Source: Octopus vulgaris
Lineage: Eukaryota
Direction: 5' to 3'
Length of the DNA stretch: 64,000 nucleotides
Assembly (NCBI GenBank): GCA_951406725.2
Contig: OX597836.1
Coordinates: 37,820,001-37,884,000 of the forward strand
A program made the position numbers and the translations under genes. Every line of letters starts with the position of its first letter. The first letter of the stretch is position 1. The notes beneath the pieces were generated by a model. That model was not told the origin of the DNA, did no database searches, and saw only the letters and a list, made by a program, of their open reading frames with translations. Positions 37,161 through 51,069 of the stretch are shown in pieces.

Positions 37161-38149
37161 TAAGGCCGTTGACCTAAGTTTCTGTAAGAAGCTTAACTTT
37201 AGGTCGCATGCAACCGAATCAAGCTGTTTTGAATAATAAATAATATATGAGTGCGTGCTCCTGTGTGTACATATGTGCCTGTGAATATATACGTACGTGT
37301 GCGTATGTATTGTGCGTATGCTTTGACTCTCGTTTATGAGTTATGGCGTGTTATTTCTGTAAATGTGTTGAATCTCTTCTGTCAATCTAACAATTCCGTC
37401 AGTGTTCCGATAAATGAAAACATAAGTTCCTTTGTTATAAAAGTTAATCGCTTTTGCAGATGATTCAATTTCGTCTTAGCAACTATTATCTTCTAATCTG
37501 AATAAATTAACTTCAATTTGAAGGAAATAATCACCTTATAAATATTCTTTTATATAGTATTTATAATTTTTTTAATTCTTTACTATTTATACTTTTTATA
37601 ATTTTTCTTCAAAGCATTCATTAATGTATGCAGTAGTAAGGTCTACAAATTAGTATGCAAATTATTGTGAGATACAGCTAAATCTCGGTCATTCGAACAA
37701 TCTATTAACCGAATTTCAGATTATCCAAACAAAATCTTAATGTCCTTTGAATGGTTTAATTAACCATATTGAGTATAACCTTACCGTAGAACCAATTCTG
37801 GTACGATCAATTCGTCTTTTGAATGACTGAAGATAATTTTTAAAAAGCGTAACAGGAAAGTGTTGCTATACTGGTGCAACGATCGCATCTTCTGTTTATA
37901 CTTACCAGTCAACTGGTCAGCCAGTCGATCCGCTAGCTTTGTCTCGGTCACTTTAAAATATGTTATAATGAATTCAACATACACAAATAACTAACAGAGT
38001 GAATGATTGAAAGAATTCCAAATCATTGGTGCTTTCATTCACTCTACGAGTTTATTCCGATTGCGTGTCCGATACAAGTAGTCGAGTTTGTCGCTATTAC
38101 AATAGCTGTACGGACAAAGTAAACACATTGACAATACAGGAAGAATACT

Positions 38150-38460
38150 AGATTTTACAATATTAGAAAAACAACGGTGTCCGACTCCAAGAATGCTAGG
38201 TCCGAAAACTGGAAAATTTATCAACCAAAATGAAAATTTACATGCATTAAAAAGAAATTCTATGGAACCAGTAAAAGATGAGCAGCTCGTATTTTTTGTG
38301 ACTTTTACAGCAACATAAAATGGAGTTTCTTGCCTTTGGTCTGCAACTACAAGAAAAAGCGATCAGTTTTCATGAACAAATCCGGCTAGAGAAACAACAC
38401 ATGTCAAATCATAGTGTATTATTTGATGGATTACAGTGTTTCAAAAATCTTTGTTGACCT
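38150..38460 (+). pseudogene. Highly decayed pogo/Tigger-like transposase HTH region
   Basis: Fragments KTTVSD, KRNSMEPVKDEQL and GLQLQEKAISFHEQI resemble CENP-B-type HTH domains; Tigger-like end TACAGCTAAATCTCG at ~37673. Confidence 0.5.
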
Positions 38461-39439
38461 ACCCTCCAAGTCAGTGAGATAGTCTCATTCAAAAGTTGCC
38501 ACAATGCAAAGAAGCATATTATGAAAAGCGGTCTATAACGATAGTCTGCTCGATAAACTTCAATGCCACAGTCGCTCAACCAGGAATAGTCGCAACTATA
38601 AAGAAATATAGCCGTAACAAGTTGCATGTCAACGTCATTGAAGACAAAACAAAGAATTACTGCAAATAAGATATTCGCAGTCAAGAGTACGTTGGTGGGG
38701 ATCTCAAATTCTCGAGAACGTTTCAAGCCGTCAACAGTCAGACTGTTGGTTTAAGGACTTGTGTGCTGGTAGATATGACAGTAAAGAGGATAGTGACCAA
38801 ATCAAAGAGTAACGATTGAAATCATCAAGAACTGCAATCATCTGGAATTAGAAGACTACGGAGAGGGTGAGATCGAAGTTTAAGTTTGAAAGGGACATTG
38901 CAACAAAAACACTTAGACGATCAGATTATCAACATAATCACAGAAGACCAGCGAGTAAGGACGGACATTTTGGATGTTAAGTATTGTCAGAAATTGATAC
39001 CACTTCCAGTTTTATATTACGGAAATTTTCGATAGTTTGAGACTTTTAAGGAAATTATATGAAGTACAATATAAATTCGATAGCGTTAAGCTTATACCTT
39101 TTCGTCAACGTCTTTGATGAACTTTGTGAATTTCCTGCACAAGCATACAAATATAATTTGTAATTACGTCGTACTTCCTTGAATTTCAGTGTTTTTCTTA
39201 TTTGAAAGACGTAATGGATTTTATTTGTAAAATGCAATGAATTTTTAAGCAATGCTCAGTGTTTCGTCTCATTGTATTGATTCAGTTACATTAAAACTCT
39301 GTGAAAATGCTTTTTAATGTAATTCTGCTCAGTATGACTTTCTTTGTTTTACAGCGAATCAGTTATCCGAACAACAAAATACTCCCCATGCGTCTAACTG
39401 TTTACGTGATATTCATAACTGTTATCCTTGTATACCAAA

Positions 39440-39511
39440 GATTATATATCACATAATTTGTTATATGATAACATGATTATATATCACATAAGTTGTTATA
39501 TGATAACATGA
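39440..39511. repeat. 35-bp tandem duplication
   Basis: GATTATATATCACATAA(T/G)TTGTTATATGATAACAT twice. Confidence 0.9.
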
Positions 39512-40296
39512 AATATTGCATTCTCGGTGATATAAATTATATTTGTAACTACAAATATTTTGGAGTTATTTGAAACACTTTATATTAAAAAGAAAGAGTT
39601 GTGTCCATAGCTTTCGAAGGCTCTTCGAGACCGGCCACAAAAACATGGTTAATGTTCCATTTCCATAGCTGTAGGGAAAATTATGGGCAAGGATGGAATG
39701 TCAGGGACTTAACAATCTAATAAGAAAAGCCTGGATGATGTGGCTTGTGCAGAGCCTATCAAAATGTCAAAATATAGTTGACAAATATATATGTTGAGTT
39801 CTTGAGCAAGACAAAATATAGTGAATTGGAACTGTATGACTGGGGGTGGCAGAAGACCGACCAGTTTCAAGGAAGAGAGGCCACTATAGTCCTGGTAGAA
39901 AAAAGTTAGAGGAAAAAGTTCAAGTCTTTGAACTGATGGTTGGAGTATATGGGCCCGCGACCTCATGTCAATTAATCGGATTGCCTGCTGTGCAGGTTAT
40001 ACAGAGTCAGTGTGTGTCTCTGTTGGAGTAATATTGAAGAGTTTTAGCCGTAGAGATTAACCCAGTACTCATTTATTCATTTTTTAAAGTTTGGTACTTA
40101 TTCTGTAGGTCAGTTTACCATACCGCTAAGCTACGTAAGCGTAGAGCAACATTAGTTTTTAAGTGATATGGCGTCAGGGGCAAACACACGCATAAGAATA
40201 TATGACTTAGAATAAGAACAGTAATAAACGAGTAAAGAACGAATATATAGTGTGTGTTTATTTGGCCAAAAAATATGACTGTCCCGAAATACAACA

Positions 40297-40371
<75 letters not shown>

Positions 40372-40598
40372 CACACACACACAGAGGAAGGCGGTGAGCT
40401 GGCAGAAACGTTAGCACGCCAGGCGAAATGCTTAACGGTATTTCGTCTGCCGTTACGTTCTGAGTTCAAATTCCGCCGAGGTCGACTTTGCCTTTCATCC
40501 TTTCGGGGTCGATTAAATAACTACCAGTTACGCACTGGGATCGATATAATTGACTTAATCCGTTTGGCTGTCCTTGTTTATCCTCTCTGTGTTTAGCC

Positions 40599-43348
40599 TG
40601 TAGTGATCCGACAACGGCGCGCGCTCGCGCACCGCCCATTTGTATTTCGCGCGTGTTGGTGCCTTTACCAAGGCACAGAAAGGAAGGCCCTCTCGCGCAT
40701 GCGCGAACCACCGGTAGCACGACCCTATTGCCTACGTAGCAGTTAGCGAGGCAAGGGGGTCGTAAGACGTTGACTACCAGCGTCCAGTCCTCGGTGACTT
40801 GGGACCCAGCGATTGACGGCGACGGTCACGCATATATTCTCTCCATTCGAACTGATTCTAGCAGTCCTTTACCAAAAGGGCTTTAACCAAAATTGTTGCA
40901 GACCAACATCGTCTCCATTGTTCGACGCCATCTTGGACCCTTTCTGTTTTGGGCTGAAGATTGTAAATATTACAATCTATGAATTTTCAGCCTTGCGCGC
41001 CCAGAATCAAGGACATCAGATAACACACTTATTGTTATTGTTTACCAAGAAAGAGAATAAAGTAGTTATATGTATATTCTACGTCTGCGTCTTGTTGTTT
41101 CTGACTTGTAGAATTCTGGATTATTTAAGTAACGGCTAGTGAGTGATTGCTTTGTGCACCCCAAAAGTGCACGAGGATATTCACACCTCACACGTTAAGT
41201 TCGTTACAAGTGGTGACCCCGACGTGATTCTGGTCTAAAACCAGAGATCACTTATCAACAAAAAAAAATCCAGTTTTTCTGCGAAGTCGGAACACGATTT
41301 AACTCTACGCATTCATCTTGCGACGATTTGTTTTCCGGCCACCACAAAGTTGTAGAAGGAGCCTCTTTCTTATTCTACAGCATGATGACGAACGCCATCA
41401 ATTCATCGATGCTTTTTCTCTGCCTTCGTCATCACCATCGTCGTCTGTCTACTTCACGTCGTCGCTATCTTCGTCGCCATCATCACTAAGAACGATGTTG
41501 TCCCAAGTCCACTACAGTCGCCTTCCACCACCAACATCGCCTTTCAACACCGTCGACCTCCACCAAGATGTACATAGCAACTCGCGGAAGTTTGGTCCAC
41601 TTGCCGTTTGTGCATATGCACACCAAGGATTCACAGCACCTTCTACGAGATTTCTTCTGTTCCAGTTAACCTGTCACAGCATCGAAGCCACAACCGTTAC
41701 ACGATATGTGTTCAACCGGCATCTGCATTTTGTGATTTCAACATTTCTGTTACAGAACGAACTGCTATTGTACATCAGGCTATTACAGACTGGTAAATTA
41801 ATTCTTGTCTGGAATGGCCCTTGAGAGACATTTTTTTCTATGCGCTGTTTTTATATTTTGCTCGCATTCACCTTGTATGTATTTCTGTCGCACACACGTA
41901 CACACACATAAATGCTCTCTCTCACATACATACGTCACACGTGCTTTTCTCGCTTGTTTTGTTCCATGCTAAATTTGCCTTTTATGGATACCCCTCATTT
42001 CTATAGACCCTAGCGGTCACGTATACATAGAGAGGGTTGTTTGTCCATTATAACGCGCCAGCATGTCATACTTTTGTTCCTGTGCGAACGAGGCATATAA
42101 TCGCTCAACCACTGGCATATTCTTGCTGTTTTTCGGTCTGGCAGCACTATTGCATTTCATGCGCCTATTGCTTCGCACGTGTACTTGCCTTGTTTTTGCA
42201 ACACGTTTTGCGTTAGCTTGATTTCTTTTCCCGACTCATGTCGGATGTTCAAATGCGCTGCGCCGATTTATAGGCGTAATTATTTTTCCCTGTTAGACCA
42301 CTGTTGGTCACGTAAATTAACAGAAAATTATCTGTGTCGCGCATCACACCAGCATGTTTGCACTTTTGCCTTTTGTGTTACTAGCGAGCTTCTGTCAATT
42401 CCATTTCCTCTCCTGCAGCAATTGATTTAACTGCTATTTGCAGGATCAACTACCTTTAGAGAAGTTGGATTTTAATTTCGCCTAGGTACATTAACTGTGA
42501 GTTTTGCTTTTCCCTCCGCTCCTTTCAGCGGAAGGGTTTATACTTTTGTGACGTATACACTTTCATGCATGCACTCTTGATTTTTGCTCATTGAGTATTT
42601 TTTTCTCTTTTTCCTTTAGTAAATTTCTTGTGTATGTTATAAATTTTGCCATTATATTATTGTGTGCTATTTGGTTATCTGGTGTCCACCTTGAGTTTTG
42701 CAGTCACTACAATAAGTTTCCTTTCGTGCGTACGCACTGGAGGGGAGCCTGTAGTGATCCGACAACGGCGCGCGCTCGCGCACCGCCCATTTGTATTTCG
42801 CGCGTGTTGGTGCCTTTACCAAGGCACAGAAAGGAAGGCCCTCTCGCGCATGCGCGAACCACCGGTAGCACGACCCTATTGCCTACGTAGCAGTTAGCGA
42901 GGCAAGGGGGTCGTAAGACGTTGACTACCAGCGTCCAGCAAGCCGGTGACTTGGGACCCAGCGATTGACGGCGACGGTCACGCATATATTCTCTCCATTC
43001 GAACTGATTTACCAAAAGGGCTTTAACCAAAATTGTTGCAGACCAACATCGTCTCCATTGTTCGACGCCATCTTGGACCCTTTCTGTTTTGGGCTGAAGA
43101 TTGTAAATATTACAATCTATGAATTTTCAGCCTTGCGCGCCCAGAATCAAGGACATCAGATAACACACTTATTGTTATTGTTTACCAAGAAAGAGAATAA
43201 AGTAGTTATATGTATATTTTACGTCTGCGTCTTGTTGTTTCTGACTTGTAGAATTCTGGATTATTTAAGTAACGGCTAGTGAGTGATTGCTTTGTGCACC
43301 CCAAAAGTGCACGAGGATATTCACACCTCACACGTTAAGTTCGTTACA
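40599..43348 (+). mobile_element. Complete non-autonomous LTR retrotransposon, Gypsy-like
   Basis: LTRs 40599-41208 (610 bp) and 42750-43348 (599 bp), TGTA...TACA; TSD AGCC; PBS at 41211; PPT GGAGGGGAG at 42739; 1.5-kb interior without gag/pol motifs. Confidence 0.95.
41211..41228 (+). promoter_or_regulatory. Primer-binding site complementary to the tRNA-Trp 3' end
   Basis: TGGTGACCCCGACGTGAT, 2 nt after the 5' LTR; matches the eukaryotic tRNA-Trp 3' 18-mer as recalled. Confidence 0.9.
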
Positions 43349-43537
43349 AGCCCCTTGTGGGTAGTAAAGAAATATGGATTTCGTCTGTCTTTACGTTCTG
43401 AGTTCACATTCCGCCGAGGTCGACTTTGCCTGTCATCTTTTTCGGGGTCGATAAATTAAGTACCAGTTACGTACTGGGGTCAATCTAATCGACTGGCCCC
43501 CTCCCCCAAAATTTCGGACCTTGTGCCTAGAGTAGAA

Positions 43538-43595
<58 letters not shown>

Positions 43596-44522
43596 GACGG
43601 CCTTTCACACAGTTTCGTCTGTCAAATTCACGCACAAATTATTGATCGGCTGAGGAATATAGCGGAAGACACTTGCCTAGAGTGTCCCGCAATGGAACTG
43701 AATGCGAAATTATGTGGTTGGAAAGTGAGCTTCTTATCTACACTCGTTTATGGAAAAAACAATGATTATTTAAATAAGAATCAGATAACAAATATGCATT
43801 ATTTCTTCATAGAACATAGTTTAGATTATAAGAGTAGAAGCCGAGAAAAGTTAAAAGTGATGGACTGAATCAGTAATCAACAAATACAGAAAGACCAAAT
43901 ATTTGAATTAGTTAGATTACTGTGAGGAAGATGGCAAATGGTGCCCAAAACGTTACAGGTCTCTTCTTTTCTATGGAAAACTCATTTCGTTTATGAGAAC
44001 GTCTTCTGCAAATGATGAAATTCCCAAAAAATAAAAGGAAAAACAAAAACTAATTTTGATATTTGAGATTCTCTTATAAACACTTCTCTCATTCATGAAA
44101 ATAGTCAACCAATTGTCTTCCAATTTCCATTTAATATGACGCCACATTTTAACATCCTAAATGAGAAATAGACCCTTTAAGCTTAGGAGTTGCCATTTTA
44201 ATATGAGTCAACGACCAACCTTTCAAATTATTAGCAATATGCTAACGCTTTCTACGTCGTCCTATCAATTTATTCTATTATTGACTCAGCATAAATTTTT
44301 AAATAAAGGTCAGCTACAATATGCTCAAACAGAATGCCGAGGCAAAACGTCAACCTCTTCTGGAATTTGAATTAAATTAATTATTGGCATCAAATCTATT
44401 AGATCGTGTATTCGTTTTCAATTCTTTTTATAAGACAATTGGATTGATGAAATATAAACAGATAAATCCTACCTGTGACTACACATACATATACCTAAAC
44501 ACCTAGATAACACACGCAAGAT

Positions 44523-44602
<80 letters not shown>

Positions 44603-44990
44603 TAATTATAATAAAGGGTTAATTGCAACAAGTTGCTCAAAACCACATACCGAAAATATTAGAAATAGCAGCCAAATAGATCACTATTTCTACTACTAGT
44701 AAAAAAGTCTCCACAAACAAATAGAATTTACAACCTGTATATGGTAAAGAGAAAGAAAAAAACGAAATCCCAGCCTATTGGATATATATATATATATATA
44801 TATAATCTTTTGTGGTGAATGGCGATTTGACGTCTATATCTAGCATGTTGACTGTCCACTTTTCGTGTTCAGTCCTTAATTGGTATATATAAATATTTTA
44901 ATCTTCGGATTCTTCTTTAATATGCTAGACCACTGGTCTTAATTGATAAATATCAATTTCTACCCTTAATTAATTTTTTATATATATATA

Positions 44991-46951
44991 TATATCTGTC
45001 CCTTTTGCTGTCCTGGTGTTCGTATGCATTCGATCCTTCTTCCAGGAAACCTACGCTTCCAGCTTAGTTTTTCTAATGCTCGTTGCTTGGTTTTTCTTGG
45101 AGGGCTGGCCGTGATCTAGTAATCTCAAGATTAATCAGCCGAAATTACTACGATGATCCGGTTCTTGACTGAAGACTGAGGGTTTCGAATGTCCTGTCCG
45201 TGTTTATTGTGTCGTCTTCTAAGAGTTATACGTTCTTGTCCATGTTGTATTTTTCTACATACCTTAACATATATTCCAGGCGCCCCGTACCCCCCTTAAC
45301 ATTTATGTGAGCACATATTCTTAATAATTGGTACGACTCTCTGTTTGTCTCTCTCTCTCTCTCATTTTTACTTGATCTGTCCCCCTCTCTCTCTTTTCTC
45401 TCTACTCATCCTCTTTTTCTCTTCTCTTTCCTCTGATTCTTTGGTCTAGTCTTCCACTACCCTCCTATTTCTTTGTCTCGCTCTGCACTCACAGGTCATT
45501 CTTCGACACCCATCCCTTCTCCTCTCTGATTCCTTCTTTCTCTCTCTTCTCTCTCTTTGTTGCGTTTGTCCCTCCTCTCTCTCTCTCTTCCTTTGCTTCT
45601 CTTTCTTTTCTTTTCCCTCTTCTCTGTCACGTGACTGTTGGCCGAAATCTGCCTTTCAGCTTCTGACCCTCGTTCTGTTAACATCGCTGTTTTCGTCCGC
45701 CACTATAAAGGCTTTTTCCATTGCGCCAGAGAAAAAATTTGTTTGCTTGTTATCAGTCGTAAGACACTGTTGTTTTCACCGTTAATGCTTCTGTATTTCA
45801 TGTTTCTGTATTCCATTATTGTTTTTTGTTTTTTTATATCTGTCCCTTTTGCTGTCCTGGTGTTCGTATGCATTCGATCCTTCTTCCAGGAAACCTACGC
45901 TTCCAGCTTAGTTTTTCTAATGCTCGTTGCTTGGTTTTTCTTGGAGGGCTGGCCGTGATCTAGTAATCTCAAGATTAATCAGCCGAAATTACTACGATGA
46001 TCCGGTTCTTGACTGAAGACTGAGGGTTTCGAATGTTCTGTCCGTGTTTATTGTGTCGTCTTCTAAGAGTTATACGTTCTTGTCCATGTTGTATTTTTCT
46101 ACATACCTTAACATATATTCCAGGCGCCCCGTACCCCCCTTAACATTTATGTGAGCACATATTCTTAATAATTGGTACGACTCTCTGTTTGTCTCTCTCT
46201 CTCTCTCATTTTTACTTGATCTGTCCCCCTCTCTCTCTTTTCTCTCTACTCATCCTCTTTTTCTCTTCTCTTTCCTCTGATTCTTTGGTCTAGTCTTCCA
46301 CTACCCTCCTATTTCTTTGTCTCGCTCTGCACTCACAGGTCATTCTTCGACACCCATCCCTTCTCCTCTCTGATTCCTTCTTTCTCTCTCTTCTCTCTCT
46401 TTGTTGCGTTTGTCCCTCCTCTCTCTCTCTCTTCCTTTGCTTCTCTTTCTTTTCTTTTCCCTCTTCTCTGTCACGTGACTGTTGGCCGAAATCTGCCTTT
46501 CAGCTTCTGACCCTCGTTCTGTTAACATCGCTGTTTTCGTCCGCCACTATAAAGGCTTTTTCCATTGCGCCAGAGAAAAAATTTGTTTGCTTGTTATCAG
46601 TCGTAAGACACTGTTGTTTTCACCGTTAATGCTTCTGTATTTCATGTTTCTGTATTCCATTATTGTTTTTTGTTTTTTTATATCTGTCCCTTTTGCTGTC
46701 CTGGTGTTCGTATGCATTCGATCCTTCTTCCAGGAAACCTACGCTTCCAGCTTAGTTTTTCTAATGCTCGTTGCTTGGTTTTTCTTGGAGGGCTGGCCGT
46801 GATCTAGTAATCTCAAGATTAATCAGCCGAAATTACTACGATGATCCGGTTCTTGACTGAAGACTGAGGGTTTCGAATGTCCTGTCCGTGTTTATTGTGT
46901 CGTCTTCTAAGAGTTATACGTTCTTGTCCATGTTGTATTTTTCTACATACC

Positions 46952-46953
<2 letters not shown>
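44991..46953 (+). repeat. 844-bp unit, ~2.3 near-identical tandem copies inside (TA)n
   Basis: Period 844 (44998/45842/46686); I see one substitution, at 46037. The + strand is very pyrimidine-rich. Confidence 0.95.
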
Positions 46954-46997
<44 letters not shown>

Positions 46998-46998
<1 letters not shown>

Positions 46999-47262
46999 TG
47001 TTGTGTCTGATGAGAGTGATTCTCTTTTAGTGCCTTATAATTTGACACACCGGTAAAATTTCCACTTATTTCTTCTAATTTTTTTTTTAAATTTTCGTTG
47101 TATCTTGCATCCTTTTTAATAGTCAAAACTATTGAAAAAGAAAAGGTTGCAAGACGCAACAAAAATTTTAGAGAAATAAAAAAGAAATAAGTGCAAATTT
47201 TATCGGTGAGTGTGTTAAATTATAAGGCACTAAAAGAGAATGACTCTCCCCAGACACAACAG
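46998..47262. repeat. Imperfect inverted repeat with ~130-bp diverged arms
   Basis: ctgttgtgtctg..attctcttttagtgccttataattt versus aaattataaggcactaaaagagaat..cagacacaacag; centre aatagt-caaa-actatt. Confidence 0.85.
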
Positions 47263-47321
47263 AATATGCTTCAACACACGAACTCACATAAAGAATCTTG
47301 CAAAACAAATCCCAAAACGAA

Positions 47322-47361
<40 letters not shown>

Positions 47362-47643
47362 CACATACATACATACATACATACATACATACATACATAC
47401 ATACATACATACATACATACACTATATATGGCGCTTTATTTCATCAGTCCGATTGTCTTATAAAAAGTAATGAAAACGAAATAATAATTGAAATTGCGTA
47501 TGTAAATACATGATCTGATAGCTTTGATGTCAATAATCAATTTAGTTCAAATTCCGGAAGAGGTTGAAATTCTACCTCGGCATTTTATCTGAGCATTTAG
47601 TTGCTGACCATTATTTAAAAATACATACATACATACACACAAG

Positions 47644-47676
<33 letters not shown>

Positions 47677-47908
47677 GCATATACATATATATACGTACAT
47701 ATATACTGATATGAAATATAACATACACAGACACTAGCACATGTATATTTATCTATATATCTGCATACATATTTGCCCTACATGTATATAATTAGATACA
47801 TATTATGTGTTGTGTGTGTGTATTATATACGCATATATAATATATACACACACACACACATACCACAAAACGTAACTAATTACATACATATATAGCATAT
47901 ATGTATGC

Positions 47909-47952
<44 letters not shown>

Positions 47953-47995
47953 GGATGGATGGATGGATGGATGGATGGATACGTAGGTAGGTAGG

Positions 47996-48049
<54 letters not shown>

Positions 48050-49609
48050 TACATAATGTGCTAGTTTCCGTGTATGTTATATTTCATATCTATGTATATG
48101 TACGTATATATGTGTATATGCGTATGTATATATGTATGCATGTGTATGTATGTATTATATATGTATTGTGTGTGTGTGTGCGTGTGTGTGTGTGTGTGTG
48201 TGTGCGTGTGTGCGTGTGTGTGTGTGTGTCTTATTCACTAACGTATTTCTAGTGAGAAAAAGCGACAAAGTAAATATTTTATAAAGCCGAACAAACAAGA
48301 ATAAAACCCATTCAAACTGTTATAAAAATGCTTTTTTTGAAAATGGAAATGAGGAAAAGTATAGAAGATAAAATTCCGGCAAACGTAAATATTTGTACAA
48401 GGGGGCACCCATTGAGAATAAATTCGTTTATTAATTTTTTCATGTATTTACTTTATATAAAAATAGGAAGAAATTTTGGCTAAAATGCTGTTCAGATGCG
48501 AATCATTAATTGTCTTTTGAACTTCAATTCTCTAGCTGCCTTACTAAGAAAAAAAGTTAGTGAAAATTGTTTGGTCACGTGTCAAAATATCTGTAGATTT
48601 GTCGCCTACACATTATCAGCTTATCTTTTTGGCGCCTCAAGGAATTTATCGAATCTTTACAGCTGACGTGACTGTTTCTTTTTTGGATTAAAAAGAAAAA
48701 AAGCACCATGCTATCGTTCAAGGTCATTGCTAAGTACAAAGAAACGAAATTTTTATGGACTCACCAAGAATTAATTACGAGTTTTAGAAAATGTAATTTC
48801 TATGGATGGATACCAAGAATTTAAATCTTGTTTAATCGAGCGAATATTTTCAACAAGTATTATTTGATAATGAATGCTGAATGTAAATTGAATATTAAAT
48901 AAATGTAATGCTGTTTGACACCATGTATTTCATTTGTCGACAGTTTCCATGTACTTTACTGTCTTATGAAGCCAAACGTCTGATTTATACAGTACAGGCA
49001 AAGCTCGACTTATCCAAGGGAAAGGAAAAGACCGATACAGCTTGGCACCAGTGACGTTGCAACTCTTTTCTACAACTGTGTGAACTGAAGCAACGTTAAA
49101 TGAAGTATCTTGCTCAAGAACTCAACATACAACCCGGTCAGGAAATCGAACTCACTACCTAATGATTGTGAGTTTTATAAATGATAGAAAATAATGCGTT
49201 CATTCAAAGCCTGAGGATAAAATTCTTACCCAAAGAAATTAACATTTTCTATTTACGTGATAGTTTATTTTTAGCCAATGAAACATTACGTTATAGAAAC
49301 GTATGTAGATGCATATAAATGGGTGAGTATGTGTGTATGTGGAAATATGTGTGTGTATGCAAAATTGATTACTATGCTATACTTTTGCTTTTGTTTTAAG
49401 TATTTACTTTCTCTAAAACGACTAGCAACATCCTACACAACGAAAGTTATATCGCTTCAGTGTCCAAATACATATTGTACATTTTTGCATGTCATATAAT
49501 ATAAGCATTTAACATATATATATGCATACATACGCATACATACATGCATACATATATATGTATACATAATACATACATATGCATACATGCATGCATTTAT
49601 CAATCCATC

Positions 49610-49664
<55 letters not shown>

Positions 49665-49826
49665 GCCCTGATGCAGTACCAGACAGTGGCTCACATGGCT
49701 CCTGATCTTAACTGATTGGAAGTGTTATCATGTACGTTGTTTTGTCTCGGTATAAAAGATGGGCTACAGCAAATATTCTGCATCTTTTAGGTGTGGGTGG
49801 GTGTGGGTGTGGGCTTGTGGATAGAC

Positions 49827-49873
<47 letters not shown>

Positions 49874-51069
49874 AATGTATTTGAAATAATTAAATCTGTT
49901 ATAATCAAATACTTATTACTATTACCGCTGTATGCGACGTTTCCCTCAAATTCGAAAACTTTTATTTGATATCAATCAATACCATTTACAGTATATATAT
50001 ATGCGTATGTATGCTTGTGTGTGTGTTTATGTGCATATATATCTGGGAGTGTAAGTATGTATGCGTGTTTGTTTTATGTTTGCTTTTATTTACTCATCTC
50101 CGTTTAAACAGTATTTTATCATAATTATAACTAATAGTTGAGATTTTCTCTAGCTTAAGATTCATACGGTATCAATATTGAAATACTTTAACTAACCTTC
50201 GTACTAGTTTTAAACTATTTTACTTAATCTGAAGTTATTTCAACTAATCTCATGATCCGGTGGATTAAATATAGTTCTAATAGCAGAAAAAAAGCGTTAG
50301 AATAATTAATATATGATTTTATAACGATATCAAAACATACGAGAGTAACTTTTTTTGTCTTAAAAGTACTCCATTTTCATCATCATCCTCGTCATCATCA
50401 TCATCATCATCAAGGCAGTAATCTAGCAGAATCATTAGTATACCAAGAAAAATGCTTAGAAGCATTTCATCCGTCCTTACGTTCCGAGTTCAAATTCGGC
50501 TGAGGTCAACTTTGCCTTTCATCTTTCATGGTCAATGAGATAAGTAACAGTTGAACACTGGTGTTTAGTGGGTGGGCAAGAAAAGCAACAAAAAAAACCG
50601 AAAACATCAAAAAGAAAAAGAGCAAAAGACATAACATAAAATGCTTAACGGATGCTTAACGTCCTTTCTTCAGGTTTTACGTTCTAGGTGAAAATGCTGC
50701 GTAGGTTGATTTGTCTTTCATCCTTTCAGAATCGATAAAATACGTACCAGTCCAGCACTGGGATCGATGTAATCGACGAACCACGCCCCTGACCATAATT
50801 TCAGGCCTATTACCTTTAATAAAAAAGAATTTTTATAAATATTAAAGCGGCAACCTTGCAGAAACGTTAGCCTATCGGACAAAATGTTCAGCTGCATTTT
50901 GCCCGGCTGTTTACGTTCTGATTTCAAATTCCTGCAGGAGATGACTTTGCTTTCCATCATTCAAGATCGATAAAATAAAATACTATTAGCGTACTGGAGT
51001 CAATATAATTGACTTGGCCCACCTCTTAACATTGCTGGCCTTGTGCTAAAATCTGAAAGAACTTATTAT

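Larger units (their letters stand above)
40390..43538 (+). mobile_element. SINE family B (one internal module) split by an LTR element
   Basis: The SINE runs 40390-40598 and resumes at 43349 exactly in register (gtttagcc|ccttgtggg). Confidence 0.9.

Noticed and set aside
41318-41824. 168-aa ORF inside the LTR element
   Set aside because: Non-ATG start, Ser-rich low complexity, and no gag, protease, RT or integrase motif.
45094-45195. Hammerhead-like pieces in the 844-bp unit (GGCTG..CAGCC GAAA; a separate CTGAAGA)
   Set aside because: The core before the stem reads CTTGGAG and stems I and III do not form; the CTGAAGA has no matching stem II and GAAA.
47008-47032. CTGATGA followed by a GAG..CTC hairpin
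   Set aside because: No GAAA follows, and the opposite arm reads CTGGGGA, so it is probably a chance mutation.
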